A DNA stretch of 64,000 bases from a virus. Taxonomy: Duplodnaviria > Heunggongvirae > Uroviricota > Caudoviricetes. Positions 54,524-64,000 of this stretch are shown piece after piece. The stretch lies in the IMG/VR virus record IMGVR_UViG_2565956721_000002, one strand, 5' to 3'. Under the pieces are notes generated by a model. It was not told the DNA's origin, made no database searches, and saw nothing but the letters and a program-made list of their open reading frames with translations. Made by a program: the position numbers and the translations under genes. Position 1 is the stretch's first letter; each line of letters opens with the position of its first letter.

Positions 54524-55610
54524 TCGTATACAGAATGAATCTGCCTGGTTAGCACTGATAGAACGGTATAAAGACAATTGGGAACTGGCAGCAAAAGAGT
54601 TGCTTGATATTGAGTTAACACCTCATCAAGCAAAAATTATTAACGCGATAAAGAACACCGGAGCCAAAGTCACTGCCACCACACCACATGGTATTGGGGA
54701 AACCTCTATTGTGGCAGTGATTAGCATCCTGCAAACAATACTGTATTCGTGTTCCCGTACAGTGGTTGTTTCTCCTGCGATTAACGATAGTCGAAAAACA
54801 ATAATTGACTATATGTTCCGTTATTGGGAGCGAGTTACCCAAAAACACCCTTTTCTTGGCAATTATTTCAGAATACACCCTGACAAAGGGTTGGTGCATA
54901 TCAGTGAAACATGGGGATGCGTCTATATAACCTATTGTCTGAATAACGAAGAGTCTCTGGCTGGTTTTACTGGACCGCACGATCTTTTCATCGTTATTAA
55001 CTCGGCGGAAATCAGCGATCGCGCTCATGCAGTGATAACTGGCAATTTAACCAATTATGACTCGCGCCTGCTGTTGCTGTCGAAACCATCGGAACGCGAG
55101 AAAGGGTACTTTTATGATTCGCATCACCGGTTGGCCCATAGTAAAAACAATCCTGCTGGTTTTTTCACGGCGATAACTCTAAACACAGAGGATTCACCTC
55201 TCGTTTCTGAAGCATATCTTGAATTCAAAGCCAAAGAGTTTGGTGGGCGCAATAGCGATGAATATCGCCGATTGATCTTGGGGAAATTTCCCGGGATTCG
55301 GGAGTTGATGGAAAAGTCATCTGTTCCCCGTAATATGCACTTCACAATGACTGACGGTAGTAAATGGGTAGTGCCTACGATCGTGATCGCCAAACACCAT
55401 GCGAAACATCACGCTCAAAAACACAACTCCAGCACATTAGACTGGCTGAAGGCCTATACAATACCGTTATTCTCGGCAAACCATAACGCTATAGCTGAAT
55501 GGGCTAAACAAATCCCCTGGCAGGATGTGGCTGAAGAGGCATTTGTCGAAAAACCACCAAGAGATTTGCACGAGCACTGTTGGCTGACATCAGAAAAAAG
55601 CTTCTCGTGA
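54516..55610 (+). CDS. PacB-like terminase ATPase-domain paralog (shorter than PacB)
   Basis: 364 aa, GTG start with GAGGTGG RBS; alignable by eye to the PacB N-terminal half (Walker A TATTPHGIGETS; YFYDSHHRLAHSKNNPAGFFTAITLNTEDSPLVSEAYLEFKAKEFGG versus Pac[48 protein letters not shown]); lacks PacB C-terminal third. Confidence 0.6.
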   Translation: MINRIQNESAWLALIERYKDNWELAAKELLDIELTPHQAKIINAIKNTGAKVTATTPHGIGETSIVAVISILQTILYSCSRTVVVSPAINDSRKTIIDYMFRYWERVTQKHPFLGNYFRIHPDKGLVHISETWGCVYITYCLNNEESLAGFTGPHDLFIVINSAEISDRAHAVITGNLTNYDSRLLLLSKPSEREKGYFYDSHHRLAHSKNNPAGFFTAITLNTEDSPLVSEAYLEFKAKEFGGRNSDEYRRLILGKFPGIRELMEKSSVPRNMHFTMTDGSKWVVPTIVIAKHHAKHHAQKHNSSTLDWLKAYTIPLFSANHNAIAEWAKQIPWQDVAEEAFVEKPPRDLHEHCWLTSEKSFS

Positions 55611-55641
55611 GGTAAAAATCCCGCCGATTGGCGGGATTTCT

Positions 55642-55950
55642 TCAATATACGATCTGGTCTACATGATCACCAAAATCATCGTCGTCGTCCTCATCGCCAC
55701 CATCTACTGCTGGCCAATCAACAAACCAGCCAGCGTAAAGATGCAGCGTTCGGAGAACATCACTTGCGGGAGCATCAAGGGTGTTAACGAATCCCATATA
55801 GCTATTGGGATTTGCCCCAGCTATGGCTTCAGCGATCATGTCCTCGGTAATGTCACCGGAGATAATGCTTAAACGCCCGGAAACTTCTTCATTATCATCA
55901 AATTCGATAATGGCATCTCCGCCTAATGGCGCTGCGATTTTAATCTGCAT
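55642..55950 (-). CDS. small acidic protein, last gene of the Dar operon
   Basis: 102 aa with poly-Asp C-terminus. Confidence 0.45.
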   Translation of the reverse strand: MQIKIAAPLGGDAIIEFDDNEEVSGRLSIISGDITEDMIAEAIAGANPNSYMGFVNTLDAPASDVLRTLHLYAGWFVDWPAVDGGDEDDDDDFGDHVDQIVY

Positions 55951-58927
55951 TATTTAGCTCCTTTGCCACACCTAATAACAGTTCCAGCAATCCGTCACCA
56001 TTCATCAGTGATGCGGCAGCGGCCTCTTTGTCATGATACAACTGAAGAGCCATAGAGAATACTTCCGTTGCTGACGTTTTGGAAATAGTCGGTGATTTCT
56101 GCCGAATTTTCCCGGTGTTACTTACTGAGGCTGGCGGGTATACCTTCGCCATATAAATATTACTCAATCGAGATCTGAAGCACCATTCAGGCTTGCCACG
56201 CCCACCGATATTGACGAAAGATGGCTTATCCCCTTCAACATTGGCCTTCAGGAATGACCGGGCTTTCTCTAACAAACCAGGGTTACTGTACTCAAGATGA
56301 TGACCCAGCTCGTGCCACAGTGCACTTGCATTTTCATCGTTCAAATTGACAGCAACAACACCATTTAGATTTGCATATGCCCTTCCCTGGTGGTGAACCA
56401 CTTTTGATAAGGTCGATATTTTCCCGCCGGTCAGGCGATAAATATCAGCAAGTTCCTTGCGCAGGTCTATCCCACCATTCTGTCCAGCGCGGGCTTCTTC
56501 CACTTCTTCCGTGATAAAAGAGTCGGCCCACTCAAGAGCTTTTTCTTCAGATACGGATGAGTTTGCGATCGCACTGTTCATGGCAGATAACACTTTCTCG
56601 TGGACCGAACCCATACTTCGCTGATTCATTTGCCAGCGTGTCTGCGGGTTATATGAGAATCGCTTAAGTAGTTGGTCAAGCTGCTCAAGTTCTTCTTCAC
56701 TGACATACTTTTTAGCCTCACCAATAATGCCAGGGAGAATATTGCCGTTAGGATTAAACGCTCGCGACAGGAAGAGTTTCAGCGCCCCCATGCCCTCCGA
56801 TGCTTCAATATCACCAATAACCCGGTTAACAATGGCCGCACTCTTCGGATTAGCATCCGCCAACGCTCTGGCTACGATTTGCAGGGACGATACGACCTCA
56901 CGCTGCATATCAGTCCTGATCTCATCAATAAACTCTGGCGTTATGCCGTGCTCTTTAAGGATATCCCGGCCTTCCGCCGTTACCCCATCGATATCACCGA
57001 CATGTTTATTAACACGACTTTGCAATGCCTTAAATGCCTTCAGAATTCCACGGGCATCATCCGCTTTACTAACGGCCTTCCTGAATGCTGGCAAGAAGTC
57101 TGAGTTAACCTCATTTTGTTGATCGGCCCACTGAATGGAGGCTTCTTTCATCTCGTCCAGAGTCAGATCACCCAACGCGGTATGGTCTGTGAATATGAGC
57201 GACAACCTCTGAACCATTTCTGCCAATGGTGATGCCGAATGCGCCGCGCTAAGGAATGCTTTCACCCTGGTTGGGCGAATGGAAAACCAGTCAATAGCTG
57301 GTGGCATATCTCCGTTTTTTATCGCCTGCGCTATCTCGTCAAAGCCATCGCGCCCAAGGGAGGATGCGTGATTTAACAAGCCGCGAAGTAACGAATTGCT
57401 GATACCGAATAATCGGCACCATTTTTTCACGTCGGCAACAGGCATTCGAACAAAATGCGCAAGCACTTGTACAAGCTGTTCATCCTGGGGATCTGTGCGG
57501 GAAAGCAGCCTGATCAGATGAATAATGTCTTTGATGCCGGATGCCCGATGTAATAGCAAACTGGTATACGGAGCAACACCGTTGTAACTACCGCCGGAAA
57601 CGGACTCGAAAAGACCGCCGGATATCCCTTGCATGCCTTCGTTTTCCAGTTCCTGAGACACCTGGCGAAGGATATCCTGTAACGACACATCGCCGCCGCC
57701 AAACATATCCCCCAGCGCCTGGCCCTGGTGCTGTAACTCATCATTGATACGTTGAGCCATCAACTTAAAGGCGGTGGCCATACGCTTCGCGCTACGGTTA
57801 TTCGCGACGATGAACAACGCGAGTGCTTTCACTTCCGGGGCCGTTTCGCTGAACATATCCCCCTGAGCAATAACATCGGTAATATGCTGGCCTGACTCCT
57901 TCGATTGCCTTACCAGGTCTACCGCATCTTTCAATGCCGCCAGCGCCTTTTTATCGAGGCTATCCGCTGTCTCAATGCCATCAACAATAGTTGTCACAGC
58001 CTGCTTGTGCGCTTCTCCTGATAAAGCCTGCATCTGGACAAAATCATTGGCTGCCGCATTAAGCGCCGTCAGAACATTACGCATATCCGGATCAGGTTCT
58101 TCTGCAACCATCCTTACCAGGCGCGCATCCTTATATGCCTTGGCAAAGATCGCGTTTTGTATACGGTCTACAAGTTGCCGTGTTGGTCGCCCATCTTCAG
58201 TTACAAGGCCAGCCGCCTGTGTGGCACCAACTTGCGTCATGAATCCGCGAATAAACGCGTCATTACTGCGGCTAAGCAGATCTCCGCTTTCTGACGGATT
58301 AAACAGCGCCATCATCGCCGGTGTTATGCTGTCGGCATCAACAAAAGCCTTTTCACTGGCTGCCATTTCCTGAAGATCAGAAATATTTGAGTCCTTGGCA
58401 AACTGAACGCGGTCAACCTTAGTTAACCGGCGGCGCACCAGTACCGGAGCCGTCATTGATTCAACCTTTTCAGGAGGTATGCCGAATTCGGTCGCATGTT
58501 CAATCAGGTACTCACGATACCGATCCGCATTGCCGTCCTGATAGGCTTTGATGATCCCCATAGTCCGTCCATTACCTGACTCAACGGCATTGTCCTCACC
58601 AATTATCGGCGCGCCATGGCTGGATAAACCGGAATCGGTAAGCTGAGCAGGCCGCAAATCTTTGGATATCTGGTTAACCTGAAGAAGGCTGGATGCGCGG
58701 GTCCGGTCGCGCGGCTGAAGTTCCTGGGGATAGTCAGGATTAATTTTCCCATCCAGAGTATTGGATATCAAAAGAGCTGAGGCATCGACGATATCAAACG
58801 CTGTTTTTACCTCGTCTCCCTTCGCTGTCACCACATACGAAACCCGCCCATAATCGGGCAGGTTCTTTAGCAGCTCGATCAGCGTTTCTATGCTGGTGGC
58901 CATTACCACCTGATCGCTTAAGCTCAT
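55940..58927 (-). CDS. ddrB: large Dar-operon protein (P1 DdrB position)
   Basis: 995 aa immediately downstream of ddrA/darA on the same strand; named by synteny and size. Confidence 0.5.
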   Translation of the reverse strand: MSLSDQVVMATSIETLIELLKNLPDYGRVSYVVTAKGDEVKTAFDIVDASALLISNTLDGKINPDYPQELQPRDRTRASSLLQVNQISKDLRPAQLTDSGLSSHGAPIIGEDNAVESGNGRTMGIIKAYQDGNADRYREYLIEHATEFGIPPEKVESMTAPVLVRRRLTKVDRVQFAKDSNISDLQEMAASEKAFVDADSITPAMMALFNPSESGDLLSRSNDAFIRGFMTQVGATQAAGLVTEDGRPTRQLVDRIQNAIFAKAYKDARLVRMVAEEPDPDMRNVLTALNAAANDFVQMQALSGEAHKQAVTTIVDGIETADSLDKKALAALKDAVDLVRQSKESGQHITDVIAQGDMFSETAPEVKALALFIVANNRSAKRMATAFKLMAQRINDELQHQGQALGDMFGGGDVSLQDILRQVSQELENEGMQGISGGLFESVSGGSYNGVAPYTSLLLHRASGIKDIIHLIRLLSRTDPQDEQLVQVLAHFVRMPVADVKKWCRLFGISNSLLRGLLNHASSLGRDGFDEIAQAIKNGDMPPAIDWFSIRPTRVKAFLSAAHSASPLAEMVQRLSLIFTDHTALGDLTLDEMKEASIQWADQQNEVNSDFLPAFRKAVSKADDARGILKAFKALQSRVNKHVGDIDGVTAEGRDILKEHGITPEFIDEIRTDMQREVVSSLQIVARALADANPKSAAIVNRVIGDIEASEGMGALKLFLSRAFNPNGNILPGIIGEAKKYVSEEELEQLDQLLKRFSYNPQTRWQMNQRSMGSVHEKVLSAMNSAIANSSVSEEKALEWADSFITEEVEEARAGQNGGIDLRKELADIYRLTGGKISTLSKVVHHQGRAYANLNGVVAVNLNDENASALWHELGHHLEYSNPGLLEKARSFLKANVEGDKPSFVNIGGRGKPEWCFRSRLSNIYMAKVYPPASVSNTGKIRQKSPTISKTSATEVFSMALQLYHDKEAAAASLMNGDGLLELLLGVAKELNNAD

Positions 58928-58939
58928 CCCTGTTACGCC

Positions 58940-59305
58940 TTATGCTGCCTCTTTAATGTTGGCGGCTATCCATGCCGCCGTGTGCTGTTTAACCTGGTCC
59001 AGGTCGATGTATGTGCCAACATATTGACTCAAATCCTGCAAGGTACCGATAAATGCATCGGTGCTCTGATCGACGAATTTATCAGCCAGGAAATCAGCAA
59101 CCAGTTTTGGCACACCATCATGTACCGAAGGTTGTTTTTCCTCGCCACTACTGCCGCCGGACACACCGTACCCCATCTGTTGCATGATCTGGTCAATTTC
59201 ATCGCTGATATCCAGCAACTCCATGCCACTCGCGGTAGCCGCTTTGGACATCAGAGCATCCAACTTATCGCTGAGATCCATTAACTCAATAGCTGATAGT
59301 GTCAT
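58940..59305 (-). CDS. ddrA: Dar-operon protein (P1 DdrA position)
   Basis: 121 aa, acidic; 4-nt overlap with darA stop; named by synteny. Confidence 0.5.
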   Translation of the reverse strand: MTLSAIELMDLSDKLDALMSKAATASGMELLDISDEIDQIMQQMGYGVSGGSSGEEKQPSVHDGVPKLVADFLADKFVDQSTDAFIGTLQDLSQYVGTYIDLDQVKQHTAAWIAANIKEAA

Positions 59306-61221
59306 GCCGCTACCCCCGCTTTCTGGATTGCTACCAACAGATCAGCCAGGTGGCGAGCTGCGCCGTTAACCAGCTCTTCGTTTTCCTCAAAACGTCCGGC
59401 AGCCTGAAGGGCTGCAATCGCTTCCCGGACATTGCCCCGGGCGTTACGGATCTCCGCCATGTCAGTGCTTTGTATATCCATCACGTTATTGAGATATTCA
59501 ATGGCTTTATTAGCCTCTGCATCTGCTTCGCTAACCGTTTCATCAGGCTGTGCCGGGGCCGGTTCTGGCTGAGTAATCTCACCGACTTCGGCCTGCAATG
59601 CATTGATCATGCTCTGCACCATTTTCTCGGTGCCAGCGCCCCCAGGAAACGCAATATTGGAGAAAGTTTTTTGAAACTGAGTTTTCAGCATTACGCGGAA
59701 CTCGTCTGGTGAGCTGGTGGCCAGCTCCAGAGCTTTTTGTGCATATTTGCCAAACGGACCATTAGTAAGTGTCTTCGCCAGGAAGTCGAAAGAATCCTCG
59801 CGAGGCAATAACTTCAGGTCGTACTCACTCATTTGCTGATCAGAAAGCGGGGTATCGTAAGTAGCAATGCCGTAGCGTGCATATTCATAATACGGGTCAC
59901 CTTCATCAGGGCGCGGCAGAATTGCTTTGTTACCTTCAGGTATTGCGCCAGGGGCCGCCGGACGCATTTGCAGGGCATATCGATATGCACCTACAGAGAC
60001 TTCTGGTTCAGGCGAAGAGCTACCGGTATCCTCCGCTGGTTCAGGTTCGACGTTTTCCGGTTTATGTTCTTCTGGTTGGACCAGGTATTCCGATACATTA
60101 CCCGCTTTATAGGCTTTAAACAGCTTGCCGATCGCATCTGCCATGTCCACACCCTGTATGGATTTAGCCTTGATCATGTATACGCTGCCATCCGGATCGG
60201 TTAACTGGATATACCCTTCGCCGCCCCCAATGAATTGCTTCATTGATGCACCATTACTGAGCGTCACTTCCCCGTCCATATGCATACGATTTTTGATACT
60301 GGCAAGGCGATCCGTCAGCGCGCGAGAGTGCCCACCAGTCATCCCCGCTGGAGCAATGGTACCGCGCCCACCAGTGCGATTGAGCTGATCAATCTCCGTC
60401 TGCAAACGCTCATTCTCTTCATAAAGAGAATCCGCTTCCGATGCAACAGCGTTAATTTTCTGCTCCAGATCTGCCTTCTGCCCTTCTACCGCTGCCACCT
60501 GATCCGCGAGGTCGCTCATGGCATCCTCTTTCTGGTCACTGTCAGCCTGTAGTTGGGTTATTTCATCAACAAGGGCTTTTTTCTTCTTCTGCGCACGCTG
60601 GAATTTTGCCGAGTTTTTCTCTGCAAGGTTGGCAAGTTTCATGGTGACCTGCGCCAGCGTCATATCACGTCCACTCATCGGAGCAACGGTGTGAGTAACG
60701 TCTTTTTTATTCAGTAAGAACTGGAAAGCAACCAGCGTATCGCTATTGGTGATCCGGTTTTCCGCTGTCGGGCTATGAAACAGAATGCTGATAGTCTGAC
60801 CATCACTGAGCGGAATAATGGCTGGCAAGACCGGCAGCCCGTTAACGTTACGTGCCCGGCCAATTTCAGCGCCGCCGATCGCGCGCGCGCCGCTCTGGGC
60901 CACATCCCCCGTTTTATCACTCCCCGCAGAGATTCCGGTACCATTCAGCTTCTGGTTCAATGCCCGGACAAATGCCTGCATGGTCCGGTGTAACTGCAAA
61001 CGAGTAGAACTAATCGCCTCCAGTAAATCCGTAGCACACCAGTGGATCGGCGTGTCATAGAAGAACGTAGCCTCGATTTCCTCCAGGGTGTTGGATTCCG
61101 TCATCAGATAGCGGTCCTCACCGGCCATTAATGCGCGATATTCATCATCAGTCACTGGCGGGGGAAGCACGTCAAGCCCAGGCTTGATCGTCACCCCTTT
61201 ATTGATATTGAACTGTTCCAT
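59302..61221 (-). CDS. darA: antirestriction / head internal protein DarA candidate
   Basis: 639 aa (matches P1 DarA precursor size as recalled) between hdf and ddrA. Confidence 0.6.
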   Translation of the reverse strand: MEQFNINKGVTIKPGLDVLPPPVTDDEYRALMAGEDRYLMTESNTLEEIEATFFYDTPIHWCATDLLEAISSTRLQLHRTMQAFVRALNQKLNGTGISAGSDKTGDVAQSGARAIGGAEIGRARNVNGLPVLPAIIPLSDGQTISILFHSPTAENRITNSDTLVAFQFLLNKKDVTHTVAPMSGRDMTLAQVTMKLANLAEKNSAKFQRAQKKKKALVDEITQLQADSDQKEDAMSDLADQVAAVEGQKADLEQKINAVASEADSLYEENERLQTEIDQLNRTGGRGTIAPAGMTGGHSRALTDRLASIKNRMHMDGEVTLSNGASMKQFIGGGEGYIQLTDPDGSVYMIKAKSIQGVDMADAIGKLFKAYKAGNVSEYLVQPEEHKPENVEPEPAEDTGSSSPEPEVSVGAYRYALQMRPAAPGAIPEGNKAILPRPDEGDPYYEYARYGIATYDTPLSDQQMSEYDLKLLPREDSFDFLAKTLTNGPFGKYAQKALELATSSPDEFRVMLKTQFQKTFSNIAFPGGAGTEKMVQSMINALQAEVGEITQPEPAPAQPDETVSEADAEANKAIEYLNNVMDIQSTDMAEIRNARGNVREAIAALQAAGRFEENEELVNGAARHLADLLVAIQKAGVAA

Positions 61222-61222
61222 G

Positions 61223-61834
61223 TTAATTTCCTGCTTTCAGTTGCTTAAGACGGCGTTTGAGTTCGCCATTTCGGGCCTTTTCGTTATTGAGTCGGCCTGT
61301 CTCCTTATCCAGCTTCGCCCGCAAATCAGTGATCTGCTGTTGATTGAAAGACACCGAGTTCTGCGCTGATTTATAAGCGGCAACCACCTGAGCATTCCGC
61401 TGTTTTGCCTCTTGCAGGCGCTGAAAGTTGGATTTTACTGCCGGTTTCTTGTCTACCGGATTGGCAACACGTTTCGCTTTGGCGATCAGTGATTTCTGGA
61501 ATTTTGCGGAGTTTTTGCGGGCCGCTTGCCCCATGACGGTACCAAGCGTCTTGATATCCGGCGATTGAGCGTTAGGAATAGCTTTTCCATTCAGCCTCAC
61601 AGACGATATATCGCCAGTATCGTTTACCTGTATGGCAAGAATTTGTCCGTCGTTAAGAACCAGCTTTGCGGTTTTAACTTTAACGCCATCTTTCGTTGTT
61701 GCGCGGTTGCTGGAGTCAACCTCAATTACCGTAACACCGGTTTTATTGATCGCCGCGATAAGGGATTTCAGCCCCTTTTCATTAACCTGGTCAAAATCGA
61801 CCGTTGCATACTTATTTTTCGTCATCTGACACAT
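61223..61834 (-). CDS. hdf: Hdf-position protein
   Basis: 203 aa upstream of darA; basic coiled C-terminus; named by synteny. Confidence 0.5.
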   Translation of the reverse strand: MCQMTKNKYATVDFDQVNEKGLKSLIAAINKTGVTVIEVDSSNRATTKDGVKVKTAKLVLNDGQILAIQVNDTGDISSVRLNGKAIPNAQSPDIKTLGTVMGQAARKNSAKFQKSLIAKAKRVANPVDKKPAVKSNFQRLQEAKQRNAQVVAAYKSAQNSVSFNQQQITDLRAKLDKETGRLNNEKARNGELKRRLKQLKAGN

Positions 61835-62255
61835 CCTGTGCGAGATTTATTACGTAACTTCTGCGGATTTGCTGAGTAACAGGGAAAATCCGATACAACG
61901 GGTTAATGAACGAGTCGCCATGCGTAACCATGACGTTGAAATGCCACAGTCGCTCTCCTTTACCCATATATTCAGTGGGTATGTACAACCATTCACTGTT
62001 TTCGCCCTGTTCAGCCGACGTCAAACAACGTTGTTCGCCTTCAATCACTGTCGTCGGCTTCTGAACATCGCGGATCCAATATCTGACCGTTGCGCCGCGC
62101 AAAAACGGGAATTTAGACCGGTATTTGAACGGCACCCGGATGAAACCCGGTTTAATTTCCACATCACCAAGTTCTAAATGCGTGATGTCCTTGCGTTTTA
62201 GCAAATAGCGATCGGCTAAGGCTAACGCAAGAACGCATACACCCCAGCCAATCAT
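61812..62255 (-). CDS. lydB: antiholin/lysis determinant candidate
   Basis: 147 aa following the holin-like gene, as in P1 lydA-lydB. Confidence 0.5.
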   Translation of the reverse strand: MIGWGVCVLALALADRYLLKRKDITHLELGDVEIKPGFIRVPFKYRSKFPFLRGATVRYWIRDVQKPTTVIEGEQRCLTSAEQGENSEWLYIPTEYMGKGERLWHFNVMVTHGDSFINPLYRIFPVTQQIRRSYVINLAQDVSDDEK

Positions 62256-62581
62256 TTCCCGCCTCCCTTTTTCACCAAACTTGTAAGAACATTCAGAATG
62301 CTATCGATATTCACTCGTTTCATCCCTGAAATCACCTCATGACCGTTATTGCTGGCTATCGTTACCATTAAGTACGTAATTGATAACTCCCAGCCCTCGT
62401 GTTGCCCCAATAGGTACGCCACCGCGCCAGCTGTCACTGCAACAAAGATCTCCGTAACCAATCCCAACAAATTGCCAGACTGGCGACCGTCTCGGACATC
62501 CATCAGGAACGTGCCTATCCCACCAATTACTGAAAGCAGGAGCGCAATAGCAACTGGAGCTAATTCCTGTGTGTCAAGCAC
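62252..62581 (-). CDS. lydA: holin candidate
   Basis: 109 aa with two hydrophobic helices (VAIALLLSVIGGIGTFL, IFVAVTAGAVAYLLG) and charged C-terminus. Confidence 0.55.
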   Translation of the reverse strand: MLDTQELAPVAIALLLSVIGGIGTFLMDVRDGRQSGNLLGLVTEIFVAVTAGAVAYLLGQHEGWELSITYLMVTIASNNGHEVISGMKRVNIDSILNVLTSLVKKGGGK

Positions 62582-62655
62582 AAGTTCCCTCCTACGTTGT
62601 CAGGAGGTAATGGTATGCAAAGTAACTTCTCAACCGGTTATGTTGCATAAGAGAC

Positions 62656-62919
62656 TTACCTATTCAACCGACTTTTGGAACCTTCAATAATAAGCCTGCT
62701 ATTGGCGCTGAAAATAAGAACCATGCAGCTCTGAAGGCTTTCATTCATATCCTTATATTCCGCGAGATACATGCCAATAAAGCCAGCAAGTACGGCGGAA
62801 ATACATTCGGCCAGCAATTTCTTGCATGAAGACTCGTAACGGTTTTCACATAGCCCACTCAAATACGAATACACCCCACCAAGAAGGGATAACATCACGA
62901 TATGTACATAAAATGTCAT
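62656..62919 (-). CDS. small membrane protein, first gene of the lyd/dar operon
   Basis: 87 aa, two hydrophobic segments; AGGT upstream. Confidence 0.4.
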   Translation of the reverse strand: MTFYVHIVMLSLLGGVYSYLSGLCENRYESSCKKLLAECISAVLAGFIGMYLAEYKDMNESLQSCMVLIFSANSRLIIEGSKSRLNR

Positions 62920-63046
62920 TTTTTACCTATACAACAGTAAGTTGAACAACATCTGAGAACGGTATGCACTTTGTGATTTCCACACACACTGGTTTTGTTA
63001 ATTAAAACCTGTAGCTTGCAATAAATAACGATAGTGGGCAGAAAAT

Positions 63047-63240
63047 ATGCTAATAGGCTATGTACGCATATAGACAAATGAACAAAACACAGCTATGCAG
63101 TGAAAAGCACTTGAAAGCGCAGGATGTGAGCTAATTTTTGCGAATAAGGCGAGCAGCAAAAAGGCTGGGCACCTTGGGTTAAAAAAGGTTCTGCGTATGC
63201 TTTCCAGAGGTGATACCCTAGTCTCGGGCTAGGGACAACA
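63047..63240 (+). pseudogene. DNA invertase (Cin/Hin/Gin family) N-terminal remnant
   Basis: reads MLIGYVRI(stop)TNEQNTAMQ(stop)KALESAGCELIFANKASSKKAGHLGLKKVLRMLSRGDTLVSG(stop), alignable to the invertase N-terminus but with in-frame stops and the C-terminal two-thirds missing; convergent with intact cin. Confidence 0.6.
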
Positions 63241-63354
63241 TTTCGAGGACAGTTTTCATTAGCGGTCAGCAGGCGCTAGATACATCGAATTGATGTGCCG
63301 CGCGATAAATGTACCTATTCTATCAAGATAAATTACACCGACGCGGCATTAGAA

Positions 63355-63927
63355 TTACAGCTCAGATTGAGTTTGGCGCTTCTCTACAGGATGATAACGA
63401 TAAATCGTCGATACACCGATATCGTAAATAATTGCCAACTGTTTCCTGCTGTAGCCATTTTCGATCAACCTCGCTATTTGCTCATGTTGTTCTTTTGTCA
63501 ACTTCGGGCGACGTCCGCCAATGCGTCCCTGTTCGCGTGCAGCTGCCAGTCCGGCCAGTGTTCTCTCAACAATTAATTCACGTTCCATTTCTGCTAAAGC
63601 CCCCATGACGTGAAAAAAGAAACGCCCCATGGGTGTTGATGTGTCAATACTGTCTGTCAGACTACGGAAATTAACACCTTTTTCCCGCAACTCCTCTATA
63701 AGCGTGATAAGGTGTTTCATACTTCTGCCAAGCCTATCCAGCTTCCAGACAACCAGCGTATCTCCTTCTGATAACGTTCTGAGCAGCTTTTTCAAGCCTG
63801 GTCTGGCTGACTTTGTTCCGCTTATTTTATCTTCAAAAATCAGTTCACATCCTGCGCAGTTCAGTGCATTTCTTTGTAAATCTGTGTTTTGGTCATTTGT
63901 TGACACACGAATGTAGCCAATTTGCAT
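63355..63927 (-). CDS. cin: Cin DNA invertase (serine recombinase)
   Basis: start at ATG 63927 (MQIGYIRVSTNDQNTDLQRNAL...); catalytic Ser region and C-terminal HTH as in Hin/Gin/Cin. Confidence 0.9.
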   Translation of the reverse strand: MQIGYIRVSTNDQNTDLQRNALNCAGCELIFEDKISGTKSARPGLKKLLRTLSEGDTLVVWKLDRLGRSMKHLITLIEELREKGVNFRSLTDSIDTSTPMGRFFFHVMGALAEMERELIVERTLAGLAAAREQGRIGGRRPKLTKEQHEQIARLIENGYSRKQLAIIYDIGVSTIYRYHPVEKRQTQSEL

Positions 63928-64000
63928 GAAAAACAACCTCTTTGTTTAGTTAAAAATACATCGTTGGTATAGGTAGGGATTAAGACTAAAACGTTGGTTT

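Noticed and set aside
63930-64000. cix crossover site just beyond the cin start
   Set aside because: The sequence has AAAACGTTGGTTT, only loosely like the AAACC-NN-GGTTT core, and the window ends before the site can be assessed.

Overview
The window reads as about 64 kb of a P1-like temperate phage-plasmid, colinear with the P1 map across its circular junction. Anchors recognised directly from sequence are a canonical 34-bp loxP next to a 343-aa Cre, the 283-aa C1 repressor with about 15 copies of its ATTGCTCTAATAAATTT-type operator, the Phd-Doc addiction pair, HumD behind a LexA box, Hot, PacA (with the GATC-hexamer pac site) and PacB, a DnaB-like helicase (Ban), the bifunctional Dmt methyltransferase, RdgC-like HrdC, SSB, T4-type lysozyme, the 2255-aa methyltransferase-helicase DarB, the Dar/Lyd operon, Cin invertase, and tRNA-Asn, tRNA-Thr and tRNA-Ile(CAU). 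Gene order is hrdC-dmt-tRNAs-plp-ban-dbn-tail block-accessory small-gene block-hot-humD-phd-doc-lpa-pacAB-c1-coi-loxP-cre-ref-mat-like-[cargo]-lxc-ulx-darB-prt-pro-lyz-ssb-Dar operon-cin. The strongest candidate for an undescribed system is an AT-rich, hairpin-bounded single-gene cassette at 40650..41690 (minus strand). It sits exactly where prototype P1 carries its type III restriction-modification genes and IS1, and encodes a 346-aa protein with DUF2971-like motifs and no recognisable enzymatic domain. Secondary observations include a run of degenerate tRNA-derived repeats, a truncated PacB paralog, an invertase pseudogene next to cin, tandem MptE/Maf-like paralogs, several small hydrophobic peptide genes and attenuator-like terminators. 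All calls rest on reading the sequence and recalled family motifs; no database search was run, and P1 gene names beyond the anchors are by position and size.
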